A DNA stretch of 64,000 nt, taken from the IMG/VR virus record IMGVR_UViG_3300048910_000141; one strand, given 5' to 3'. Origin of the DNA: a virus. Under the pieces are notes generated by a model, which did no database searches, was not told where the DNA came from, and saw only the letters and a program-made list of their open reading frames with translations. This document shows, piece by piece, positions 20,239 through 27,659 of this stretch (its first letter is position 1; every line of letters begins with the position of its first letter). The position numbers were made by a program, and so were the translations under genes.

Positions 20239-21408
20239 TTAGTCGAAGCGACGCAGGCGAGCGTTGCTCGGGGCGCCACGACCGGAACGCGGCGCCGGAG
20301 CCTCGTCTTCCTCGGCCGGCTCTTCGCGACGACCGCGACGGGGCGCGGGCGCCTCATCCTCTTCGGCCGGTTCTTCGCGGCGGCTGCGACGCGGCGCCGG
20401 AGCGACATCCTCGTCCTGAGCGTCTTCGTCGGCCGGAGCGGCGTCACGAGCGCGGCGAGCTTCCGAGCGACCACGCGGAGCCGGAGCGGCATCCTCGTCT
20501 TCGTCGGGCTCTTCACGCCGCGTTCCGCGACGCGGTGCCGGGGCCTCGTCCTCGTCGGCCGGCTCTTCACGACGGCTGCGGCGCGGGGCCGGAGCCTCGT
20601 CTTCCTCGGCCGGCTCTTCGCGACGACCGCGACGGGGCGCGGGCGCCTCATCCTCTTCGGCCGGTTCTTCGCGGCGGCTGCGACGCGGCGCCGGGGCCTC
20701 GTCTTCGTCGCGATCACGACGCGAGGCAGCCTTCGGCTTTTCCTCGGGCTCGTAGTCGCTCTCGTCGTCGCCATGGTCGCCGGCCATCATGGCCTCGGCC
20801 TCGGCCGCGCTGACCCAGCCGACGATCTTCATCACGAGGCTGTACTTGCGCCCGTGCTTCTTGACCTTCGGCATGTAGCTCTCGACCGTCAGTTCGACGA
20901 TCGGGAGTTCGTCCGGATGCTGCATGAAGAGACGGCCATACTGGCCGGCGAGCTTCTTGAGCGAACGGACCTGACCACCGGTCGAAGTCTTGAACAGCAG
21001 CTTGGTACCGACCGCTTCGTCCTTGGTGTCCTCGCCGTAGCTGTACAGGACAGCCGAAACCGAGGCGGCTTCGCGCCAGCCGTCGTCGTCGTCGTTGAAC
21101 GGGCCGTGGTCCGTCAGTTCGTGTTCGAGCGGCGGTTTGCCATCGACCACGTTGACCAGCACTTCCTCGACGACCTGACTGTCGTCCCAGCAAATCCAGC
21201 CGAGGGCCATGGATTGCATGTCGACGATGATCAGCGACTTCTCCGGCAGATCGTCATCGTCCGAACCGAACGTGATGTCGCCCTTGTTGCCGTTGAACTT
21301 GAGATAGGCCCCATCGGCAACGCCGCGAGCCGCTTCGGCCCACGGGTTTGCGCCGCCATAAGCCGCGAGGGCGTTGCCGCCCCCGTTAGTGGTAACGAGA
21401 GAACCCAT
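20239..21408 (-). CDS. hypothetical protein with an Arg/Glu/Pro-rich tandem-repeat C-terminal tail (possible ssDNA-binding or recombination accessory protein)
   Basis: Globular N-terminal 220 aa, then about 10 copies of EAPAPRR(S/G)RREEPAEEDE; sits near the Cas4-like nuclease. Confidence 0.6.
   Translation of the reverse strand: MGSLVTTNGGGNALAAYGGANPWAEAARGVADGAYLKFNGNKGDITFGSDDDDLPEKSLIIVDMQSMALGWICWDDSQVVEEVLVNVVDGKPPLEHELTDHGPFNDDDDGWREAASVSAVLYSYGEDTKDEAVGTKLLFKTSTGGQVRSLKKLAGQYGRLFMQHPDELPIVELTVESYMPKVKKHGRKYSLVMKIVGWVSAAEAEAMMAGDHGDDESDYEPEEKPKAASRRDRDEDEAPAPRRSRREEPAEEDEAPAPRRGRREEPAEEDEAPAPRRSRREEPADEDEAPAPRRGTRREEPDEDEDAAPAPRGRSEARRARDAAPADEDAQDEDVAPAPRRSRREEPAEEDEAPAPRRGRREEPAEEDEAPAPRSGRGAPSNARLRRFD
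20294..20694. repeat. identical 107-bp direct repeat (20294-20400 and 20588-20694) within a 51-bp-unit tandem array
   Basis: Both copies read GCCGGAGCCTCGTCTTCCTCGGCCGG...GACGCGGCGCCGG; offset 294 bp, in frame; encodes the EAPAPRRxRREEPAEEDE units. Confidence 0.85.
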
Positions 21409-21476
21409 ATCATCTCCAATGGGTGGTTAGGGGAATGACCGGTTGTGGACCCTTCACCGGTGGGAAGGTGGACCGC

Positions 21477-21788
21477 TTAGTTGGCGGCGGTCATGGCCGG
21501 GGTGTTGCCCGGCAGCGCGGCCTTGAGGGCCGCGATGATGGCGGCGGACGCCACCTTGTCCTCGATCTTGGACTTGATGGTTTCCACCTCGTCCTCGACC
21601 ATCGCTGCGATGCGAGCGATTTCCGCCTTGGCGTGGCTCTCGGCGATCTCGATGTCCTCATGCATCGCGGCGACATCGAGGTGATGTTTGGCGAGGAATG
21701 CGTCGAGCCGGGCGTCGAGCTTCTTGAAGAACGCGACGATCGCGTTCGCGTCCCGCGCGATGACGCGCAGGAAGGCACTGGTCAGCAT
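21477..21788 (-). CDS. hypothetical coiled-coil protein
   Basis: MLTSAFLRVIARDANAIVAFFKKLDARLD...; downstream of promoter cassette 21860-21888. Confidence 0.55.
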   Translation of the reverse strand: MLTSAFLRVIARDANAIVAFFKKLDARLDAFLAKHHLDVAAMHEDIEIAESHAKAEIARIAAMVEDEVETIKSKIEDKVASAAIIAALKAALPGNTPAMTAAN

Positions 21789-21859
21789 GTCGGGTTGCTT
21801 TCCGTTATGGGTGAATGGAGGCGGTTGTCCATGAGCGGCTCTCCACGCTCGGCCTATTC

Positions 21860-21901
21860 TCGCTAGACCCAATGCCCATGAATGTCAAGTGAAACTAACA
21901 C
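21860..21901 (-). promoter_or_regulatory. promoter cassette with upstream GTGTTAGTTTCAC box
   Basis: Minus: GTGTTAGTTTCAC-TTGACA-N17-TAGCGA. Confidence 0.55.
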
Positions 21902-22280
21902 TCGTGGTCATTGTTCTAGCGGTTGTAGAGGGTCGGGTCGGTCGAATAGTCGGGCGCACGTCCTTCATCCGCAGCACCATCGGAGTCCATGGGTTGTCCG
22001 CTGGCCGCCGGCTTTTTCTGGAGTCGAAGGGCGAGGATGAATCCTTGCTCGAACAAGTCACAGCCGTGCTTGAATGCGGTGGCATCCTTTTCGCTATCTT
22101 CTGCGCGTCGGTGTAAAGCGGAACGATCAAGGAGATCGGAGGCCGCCCGGCCGCTGCTTCCTGCATCTTGTCGAGGATGGCCGCAGTGCAAACCAACGGC
22201 TGATCTTTCACGGGATCACGTGGTGGTAGAGCGACGGTAGGGGAAGCAGCAAAGGCCGCTGCGAGCAACGCGATCATCAT
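21885..22280 (-). CDS. small secreted protein, reading frame uncertain (possible frameshift)
   Basis: Signal peptide MMIALLAAAFAASPTVA starts 5 nt after the nuclease stop; the 3' half has better GC3 in the frame of ORF 21916-22191. Confidence 0.3.
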   Translation of the reverse strand: MMIALLAAAFAASPTVALPPRDPVKDQPLVCTAAILDKMQEAAAGRPPISLIVPLYTDAQKIAKRMPPHSSTAVTCSSKDSSSPFDSRKSRRPADNPWTPMVLRMKDVRPTIRPTRPSTTARTMTTSVSFT

Positions 22281-22285
22281 GTCGA

Positions 22286-23341
22286 TCAGTCCTTGAGCTT
22301 GACGGTCAGGCGCTCGTAGCCGTTGCCTTCTTTCTGATAGTCCTCGATCGACTTGCCGGCCTCGGCGAGGTCGGCCGCGAGCAATGTCTGGTCGAGGGAT
22401 TTCTTGCCGCCGATCCACGCAAGCGAGATCGAGAAGCGGTCGTCCGAGGCACCACGGCTGTCCGCCTTGCGGAGCAGTTCCTTGATTTCGACCTCGACGG
22501 CCTTCTTGTCTTCGTCCGCGTCCTTGGCGACTGCGGCGAGTTCCTTCTGCCGCGCGGCGAGGACCGCGAGACGTTCCAGCGTCTCGTCGTTGACCTTCTG
22601 CTTTTTCGTCGGCATCGCCTCCTCGGACGCGATGGCGCATTCGGTCTGGAACTCGCAGAAGTCGCAAGCGCCGCTCAGCTTGCCCTCGGCCATCAGGTCC
22701 TTGGGATTCTCGGTGCGGAACACCTGCTTCGAGCGATCGATCGCGACCTGATAAATTTTCGGGTTGCGCTTGATCACGAAGATGCGGATGTCGGTGAGCC
22801 ACGACGCGTTCATGTAGATGATGATCGCGTACTCGGGCCGATACTCGGTCAACTCGTGGAGAAGACCCATCTGCACCTGCGTCTGTCCGGCGTGGACCGG
22901 CTTCGCTTCCTTGATGTTGGCGCGCGGGTCGAACGACTTGAACTCGACCACGAAGCAATCGGACTCGATATCTTCGACCCCAAGCTGGGCGAGTGCATCA
23001 CGCGGCGCGTCGATCACCAGACCGTCCGGCGTGGCGGACAGGCGGCCCTTCTTCAAGGTCTCTTGCTCATCACCCGCAAACAGGAACTCGCATCCCTTGG
23101 GAAGGATCGACTTGACGGCGGGGACCGCGAAATGATTTTCGATGATATCGCCGCGCGTCGCCGCACCCCAATCGGGGTTGTGGCCATCGTCGGGCTCGTA
23201 CTGGTATTTCTTGAAGTACGCCTTGCGGATGCAATCGAAGGCCTCGGACGCACCGACCGACGCATTGCGATCGTACTTCCAAGACTTCTCGTTCGACTCC
23301 TTGAAGCCGGCGAACATGTTGGCGAAATCAAAGGCTGCCAT
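22286..23341 (-). CDS. PD-(D/E)XK Cas4/RecB-like exonuclease with Fe-S cysteines
   Basis: N-terminal Cys (AFDCIRKAY), D...VVEFKS nuclease core, QVQMGL, C-terminal CDFCEFQTEC. Confidence 0.75.
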   Translation of the reverse strand: MAAFDFANMFAGFKESNEKSWKYDRNASVGASEAFDCIRKAYFKKYQYEPDDGHNPDWGAATRGDIIENHFAVPAVKSILPKGCEFLFAGDEQETLKKGRLSATPDGLVIDAPRDALAQLGVEDIESDCFVVEFKSFDPRANIKEAKPVHAGQTQVQMGLLHELTEYRPEYAIIIYMNASWLTDIRIFVIKRNPKIYQVAIDRSKQVFRTENPKDLMAEGKLSGACDFCEFQTECAIASEEAMPTKKQKVNDETLERLAVLAARQKELAAVAKDADEDKKAVEVEIKELLRKADSRGASDDRFSISLAWIGGKKSLDQTLLAADLAEAGKSIEDYQKEGNGYERLTVKLKD

Positions 23342-23350
23342 GTGGTGAAC

Positions 23351-23584
23351 TCAGTAGGGGTCCACGCTCGCGGACTGGCGGCGACGCGCCTCGTCGACCG
23401 GCGTGCGGACCTTGGTGGAAATGGGATGTGAGCAGGTTGGACAGTCGACCGTGATGAAGTCGCCGTCGCGCTGGTCACCGGCGATCTTGCCGTCTGCGCC
23501 GGTGAACTCGAACCTACAGGTGCACCGCGTGCAATCTGCCGTGTACTTGATCTCGGCGGGGACGATTCCCGGCTTGATGGCCAT
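23351..23584 (-). CDS. hypothetical zinc-ribbon protein
   Basis: CTRCTC...CPTCSH. Confidence 0.55.
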   Translation of the reverse strand: MAIKPGIVPAEIKYTADCTRCTCRFEFTGADGKIAGDQRDGDFITVDCPTCSHPISTKVRTPVDEARRRQSASVDPY

Positions 23585-23847
23585 CACGCCTCGTCCTCGT
23601 CCACGAAGGGTTCGGGCTTGTAGGGAGCGCCCTCCCAGATCACGTCCGCGATCTTGGTGGGGAGGGAGCCGAAGTCGTTGAGCCAATTGAGGTTGACCCA
23701 CCGGTCTTCCAACGACATGTCGCCGCCAAACTCCATGGCGAGGCGCATCCCCTCCATGAGGTCTATCTGATGACCCTCGGTGCGGAGAGTGCCGTCCACG
23801 TAGATGCCGATCCAGTCGTCACCCTTAGCGACTACGAGATGGGTCAC
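23584..23847 (-). CDS. hypothetical protein
   Basis: 87-aa ORF, ATGA coupling. Confidence 0.6.
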   Translation of the reverse strand: MTHLVVAKGDDWIGIYVDGTLRTEGHQIDLMEGMRLAMEFGGDMSLEDRWVNLNWLNDFGSLPTKIADVIWEGAPYKPEPFVDEDEA

Positions 23848-24395
23848 TGGACCATCCGGGTTTTCAGCCCGACCTTCTCACTGGTCTTGTTGAACTTTCG
23901 GGTGGCCGCGTCGTCAGCATCGATCCCGGCGAGTGCCGCGATGATTGAGATGTTCGTCAGCGTCTCTTCGAGATGGATTTCCAAGTCACCCACGGTCGCC
24001 CGCGAGCCCGGCATCCCAAGTTCTTCACGCTCCAGCTTTTTGACGACGTTGCAGGCCTTACCGGCCGAAATGGCCAGAGAGATAAGCGTGGAGCGGAGGT
24101 AGTCGTGCCGTTCTTCGGCCGAGACAGACGGGTAGATGTGCGAATGAATCGATGGCAGTACGATGTTGAATCGCAAGGCCACGAGATCGATACAGATCAC
24201 ACCGTCGCCGATCTCATCGAGCAGCGCTTCGAAGCGCAAATCGCAGGGATTCCACGACCAGTCATCGGCCGCGTCGATTAATTCGGAGACCTCGCCGGCA
24301 AGCTCGTTGCTGGCATAGGTGTGGGTAGTCTTACCGGCCGCCCACTCGACCTGACGCACGAGGTTCGCTTCGCGTAGCGTGTTGTACGTGGCCAT
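23844..24395 (-). CDS. MazG-like nucleotide pyrophosphohydrolase
   Basis: ELAGEVSELIDA, AGKACNVVKKLEREELG, FNKTSEKVG. Confidence 0.5.
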   Translation of the reverse strand: MATYNTLREANLVRQVEWAAGKTTHTYASNELAGEVSELIDAADDWSWNPCDLRFEALLDEIGDGVICIDLVALRFNIVLPSIHSHIYPSVSAEERHDYLRSTLISLAISAGKACNVVKKLEREELGMPGSRATVGDLEIHLEETLTNISIIAALAGIDADDAATRKFNKTSEKVGLKTRMVQ

Positions 24396-24775
24396 CAGAG
24401 CGACGCCGCGCCGAAGCCGATGATCCCGGCCTGAGCCACGATCTTGAACAGCTTGTCCTTGAACTGCTGGTCGGCCGGAAGCTGGTCGAACGGCACGATA
24501 CACGGGTGCGTCTTGGCTTCCGCGTCCTTGATCTCGCCATAGACCCAGCCGTCGTTGACCTTCTCGGCCATCCACGAGTCATGGGTCGCCGAGTCCGAGG
24601 CCTCGGGATTGTTGTTGACGAAGTGGACGCCTTTGATGGCGCTTTCCTGCTGCCAGAGTGGCGATTCCGCCCACGGCTTCTGGCTGTTGTCGCCGGTAAA
24701 GATGCAGAACTTGCGGTTCGCCTCGTGGCAGCAGATCGCGATCAGCGTCGCGGCGGTGTCGCTAAGCTGTGTCAT
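24395..24775 (-). CDS. RyR-domain protein
   Basis: HDSWMAEKVNDGWVYGEIKDAEAKTHPCIVPFDQLPADQQFKDK matches the RyR repeat pattern (HE.W....GW.yG....k.hP.lvpy.eL). Confidence 0.6.
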   Translation of the reverse strand: MTQLSDTAATLIAICCHEANRKFCIFTGDNSQKPWAESPLWQQESAIKGVHFVNNNPEASDSATHDSWMAEKVNDGWVYGEIKDAEAKTHPCIVPFDQLPADQQFKDKLFKIVAQAGIIGFGAASL

Positions 24776-25071
24776 CAGTTGAGCGCCTGACGCAGGGCGG
24801 CGCGGAGCGCTGACACGCTGATCATCGCGGTGTAGTCGGGATTGACCTGCGAGTGTTCGAGCGCTGCGGCGTAGGAGCAGATCACGAACGTCCCGTCCGC
24901 AAAGACGACCTGATGCTGGCCCTTGCTGTCGCTCGGATCACCCAGACCGTCCTCGCCTGTCGTGGCAAGGAACTCGGCCATGAGAGCGCTACGGGGCACG
25001 GTCATTTCGACCGTCTGGACATAGCTGTCCGTGGCGTCGTCGCGGACGCACGAAATCGTCTTGATGTTCAC
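24775..25071 (-). CDS. hypothetical protein
   Basis: 98-aa ORF. Confidence 0.6.
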   Translation of the reverse strand: MNIKTISCVRDDATDSYVQTVEMTVPRSALMAEFLATTGEDGLGDPSDSKGQHQVVFADGTFVICSYAAALEHSQVNPDYTAMISVSALRAALRQALN

Positions 25072-25079
25072 GAGTTACC

Positions 25080-25283
25080 TCAGATTCTGTTGGCGTTTGC
25101 GATGGCGAGGCCGAGTTCGTGTGTGGCCTCGTCGATGTTCATGAATGGTCCGGTGCAGTCACCACGCAGCGGTTCGCGGAAGTACCACTCGCCGCGCTGG
25201 TGTCCGTTGAACTGGTCCGGGATGCGGAAGGGCACGCCCCACGGCCACTGCATGTCCGTCTTGATATGCAGGATGTTGCCCAT
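25080..25283 (-). CDS. hypothetical protein
   Basis: 67-aa ORF. Confidence 0.5.
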   Translation of the reverse strand: MGNILHIKTDMQWPWGVPFRIPDQFNGHQRGEWYFREPLRGDCTGPFMNIDEATHELGLAIANANRI

Positions 25284-25564
25284 CAGCCGACCAGTGCCGT
25301 GACGATCTTTTCGAGCCGGCAGACCGCGATCTTGATGGATCGGCGATATGTCAGGAGACGTGCGACGTACTCTTCCGGGTCTTCGCCCGGCTCTGCTAGC
25401 CGTTCGAAAACTTCCTTGCGGAGACGACGCACTTCGAACTCAGCCGCGACCGGTGTCAGGTGAATCGAGCGCGCGATCGGCTCGCCCCACGTCGTGTTGT
25501 TTCCCGCGCCCGAGGGATGGGGCAGAGACACGACGACATAGGCGCGGTTCGGGATCGCGCTCAT
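25283..25564 (-). CDS. hypothetical protein
   Basis: 93-aa ORF, coupled. Confidence 0.55.
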   Translation of the reverse strand: MSAIPNRAYVVVSLPHPSGAGNNTTWGEPIARSIHLTPVAAEFEVRRLRKEVFERLAEPGEDPEEYVARLLTYRRSIKIAVCRLEKIVTALVG

Positions 25565-26358
25565 ACCAGCACCTTCGACGCAATGATCTGCTCGGCCAGC
25601 GCGTTCTCGAAGGTCGTGCCGGACACGTTCAGTTCGGTATCGGCGCGGGTGATCATCTCAACGAGCGCGGCGCGCTTGTCGGCGGCCGTGGGGATGTCGA
25701 GCCAATTGACGACGTTCGGATCGAGGCCGCCCTTGATCAACTGTTCGTCGAGGTAACCAAGACCGCCTAGTTTATGGAACACGCGGCGCGTGGCGAGGAT
25801 GTCGACGATGGCCGAGTGGGCGCCGTCCAGCCCTTCGTTGAAGAAGAACTGCATCGCCTCGATCAGCTTGGGCCACTTGAAGCCTGAGCCCTTGCCGTCT
25901 CCCTTGGGCAGCCGACACACCGGCGTCGCCGCGAGCATGGTGCAAATTGTCGGGCGACCGCATAGTACCGTTTTTGGCGACACGTCCGGCCGCAGCCGGT
26001 TGTATTCCATGCCGATGATCTTGGTGTCGAAGGCGACGTTGTGGCAGACGATGAAGTCGGCGTTCTCGGCCGCGACCACGAACAGTTCCACCGCGTCGGC
26101 GATCGGGATGCCGGACTCGCGGCACATCTCTTCCGTGATGCCAGTCAGTTCGCTGGCGATCTTGCCGATACCGGTCCCGGAGTCCTGCTGGATCGGCCAG
26201 TTGTCCGGCTCGATCAGCGTGTCCACGACCATCGCATCGTGGCCATTCACCTCAAGGATGAAACCAAGCTGCGTGATGTGAGGCTGTTCGGGATGGTTGT
26301 ACGGCTTAGATGCCTTGGGCAGGCCGGTCGTTTCCGTGTCGAAGTAAAGGACGTTCAC
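25561..26358 (-). CDS. DnaQ-like DEDDh 3'-5' exonuclease
   Basis: Exo I YFDTETTGL, Exo II CHNVAFD, Exo III HSAIVD. Confidence 0.8.
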   Translation of the reverse strand: MNVLYFDTETTGLPKASKPYNHPEQPHITQLGFILEVNGHDAMVVDTLIEPDNWPIQQDSGTGIGKIASELTGITEEMCRESGIPIADAVELFVVAAENADFIVCHNVAFDTKIIGMEYNRLRPDVSPKTVLCGRPTICTMLAATPVCRLPKGDGKGSGFKWPKLIEAMQFFFNEGLDGAHSAIVDILATRRVFHKLGGLGYLDEQLIKGGLDPNVVNWLDIPTAADKRAALVEMITRADTELNVSGTTFENALAEQIIASKVLV

Positions 26359-26687
26359 TCGGCACCGTCCATCTGGGCACGCAGCACCATCGGCGTGAGG
26401 GTGCGGCTGGCGGCGCTGCGGCTCTGTTCCAGCACATGTTCATCGAGTGCGGCATCGGAGGCGGCGAGACGCAACGCCTCGTGGGTCGCGTTCCGGATCG
26501 TCCGATAGGCGATCATGATCACGATCAGCAGCACGAAGGGCGCGACCGCGACGACGGGATTGATCTTCGTGTATCCGAAGAAGTTGCTGGCGGTCATCGC
26601 AGCCGAGGCGAGCGTGAGAACGACCGCTTCTGTGACGGTCACAGAACCGGGGTTCTCCGCATACGGGAGATCATCGAAATTGATCAT
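26355..26687 (-). CDS. membrane protein
   Basis: Start moved to ATG 26687 because ORF-track start 26741 lies inside promoter cassette 26713-26741; TM VVAVAPFVLLIVIMIAY. Confidence 0.5.
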   Translation of the reverse strand: MINFDDLPYAENPGSVTVTEAVVLTLASAAMTASNFFGYTKINPVVAVAPFVLLIVIMIAYRTIRNATHEALRLAASDAALDEHVLEQSRSAASRTLTPMVLRAQMDGAE

Positions 26688-26712
26688 GTCGGGGAACTTT
26701 CGTTGTGCAGTT

Positions 26713-26754
26713 TCGATAGACACAGGATGGTTAAATGTCAAGTGAAACTAACAC
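26713..26754 (-). promoter_or_regulatory. promoter cassette with upstream GTGTTAGTTTCAC box
   Basis: Minus: GTGTTAGTTTCAC-TTGACA-N17-TATCGA. Confidence 0.55.
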
Positions 26755-27131
26755 TCGTCGTTACGGTCAGTGAGCGCAGGACCGAACTCGATGGGTCCGC
26801 GCGAGATCGTTGCTTCGCGGTAACCGTCGATTTTTGCTTGCCAGTGCAAGTCCCGCTTTTCGCTGAGGACGGCCCGCAAGGCGTTGAACCCATCGAAGCC
26901 CTCTGCGGCGAGATCATCGGCGCCGATAACGAGACCGGCATCGTAATCGGCCGCAAACTGGCCGCCGTACGAGCGCTGCCAGTATTCACGCATAGAGACC
27001 GAGGCGTTGCCGGCCGCGCCGGGATTTCCGACGTTGTACGGACCTCCGCTGGTCGAGCCACCGAAGTGGGTGCCGACCGTGTAGGGTTTACCGACGCCGG
27101 GGCGCCGCTTGTCGCTGAGACGATAGGTCAT
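26748..27131 (-). CDS. hypothetical protein
   Basis: MTYRLSDKRRPGVGKPYTVG... Confidence 0.55.
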   Translation of the reverse strand: MTYRLSDKRRPGVGKPYTVGTHFGGSTSGGPYNVGNPGAAGNASVSMREYWQRSYGGQFAADYDAGLVIGADDLAAEGFDGFNALRAVLSEKRDLHWQAKIDGYREATISRGPIEFGPALTDRNDEC

Positions 27132-27231
27132 ATCAGGTCCTTGACTCGGTCGCCGTTGAAGCGGAGCGACCACCACGCCATGACGCCGGCCGCCAAAGCG
27201 ACCACGCCGACAATTGCTGCGAGGTCCCAGA

Positions 27232-27420
27232 TCACAGGCGGCTCACGGCCATGAGGGCGACGCCGATCAGCGCCAGCACGAACGAGACGCGCTTGTTCTC
27301 CGTCATGTCGTGGATCATGATCTTGTAGATACCGCTGAGGCTGGCCAGCGCGAGCAGTGTCAGAAAGCCGCCGAGGAAGAGAACGATTCCGGGGCAATAG
27401 GCTTCGAGTCCGGTATTCAT
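27232..27420 (-). CDS. small membrane protein
   Basis: Two TM segments; ATGA-coupled to an upstream mini-ORF. Confidence 0.5.
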   Translation of the reverse strand: MNTGLEAYCPGIVLFLGGFLTLLALASLSGIYKIMIHDMTENKRVSFVLALIGVALMAVSRL

Positions 27421-27659
27421 GCGATGTCCTTCGGGAGTTGGAGGCAGCCAGTGCAGGTCACGTGGCTGCGACGGTAATCGGACCAGATGCCGACATTCGG
27501 TATGCCACAGGCCACCATGCCGGCTTCGTCTCGGGCTGGCTCTTCGTGACGCCAGTGGATCGTGTTATCGTCCACGTCGATTCCTTGGAGTGATGATGGA
27601 GATAACGAGGGCGGCCACGAGGCCGCCCACGATGAGGGCTGGGAGATAATCGTCGGGGA

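Noticed and set aside
20211-20813. Plus-strand 200-aa ORF and minus-strand 186-aa alternative frame across the repeat region.
   Set aside because: They are frame-shifted readings of the same tandem repeat. Only the 389-aa frame continues into a globular N-terminal domain with a plausible start.
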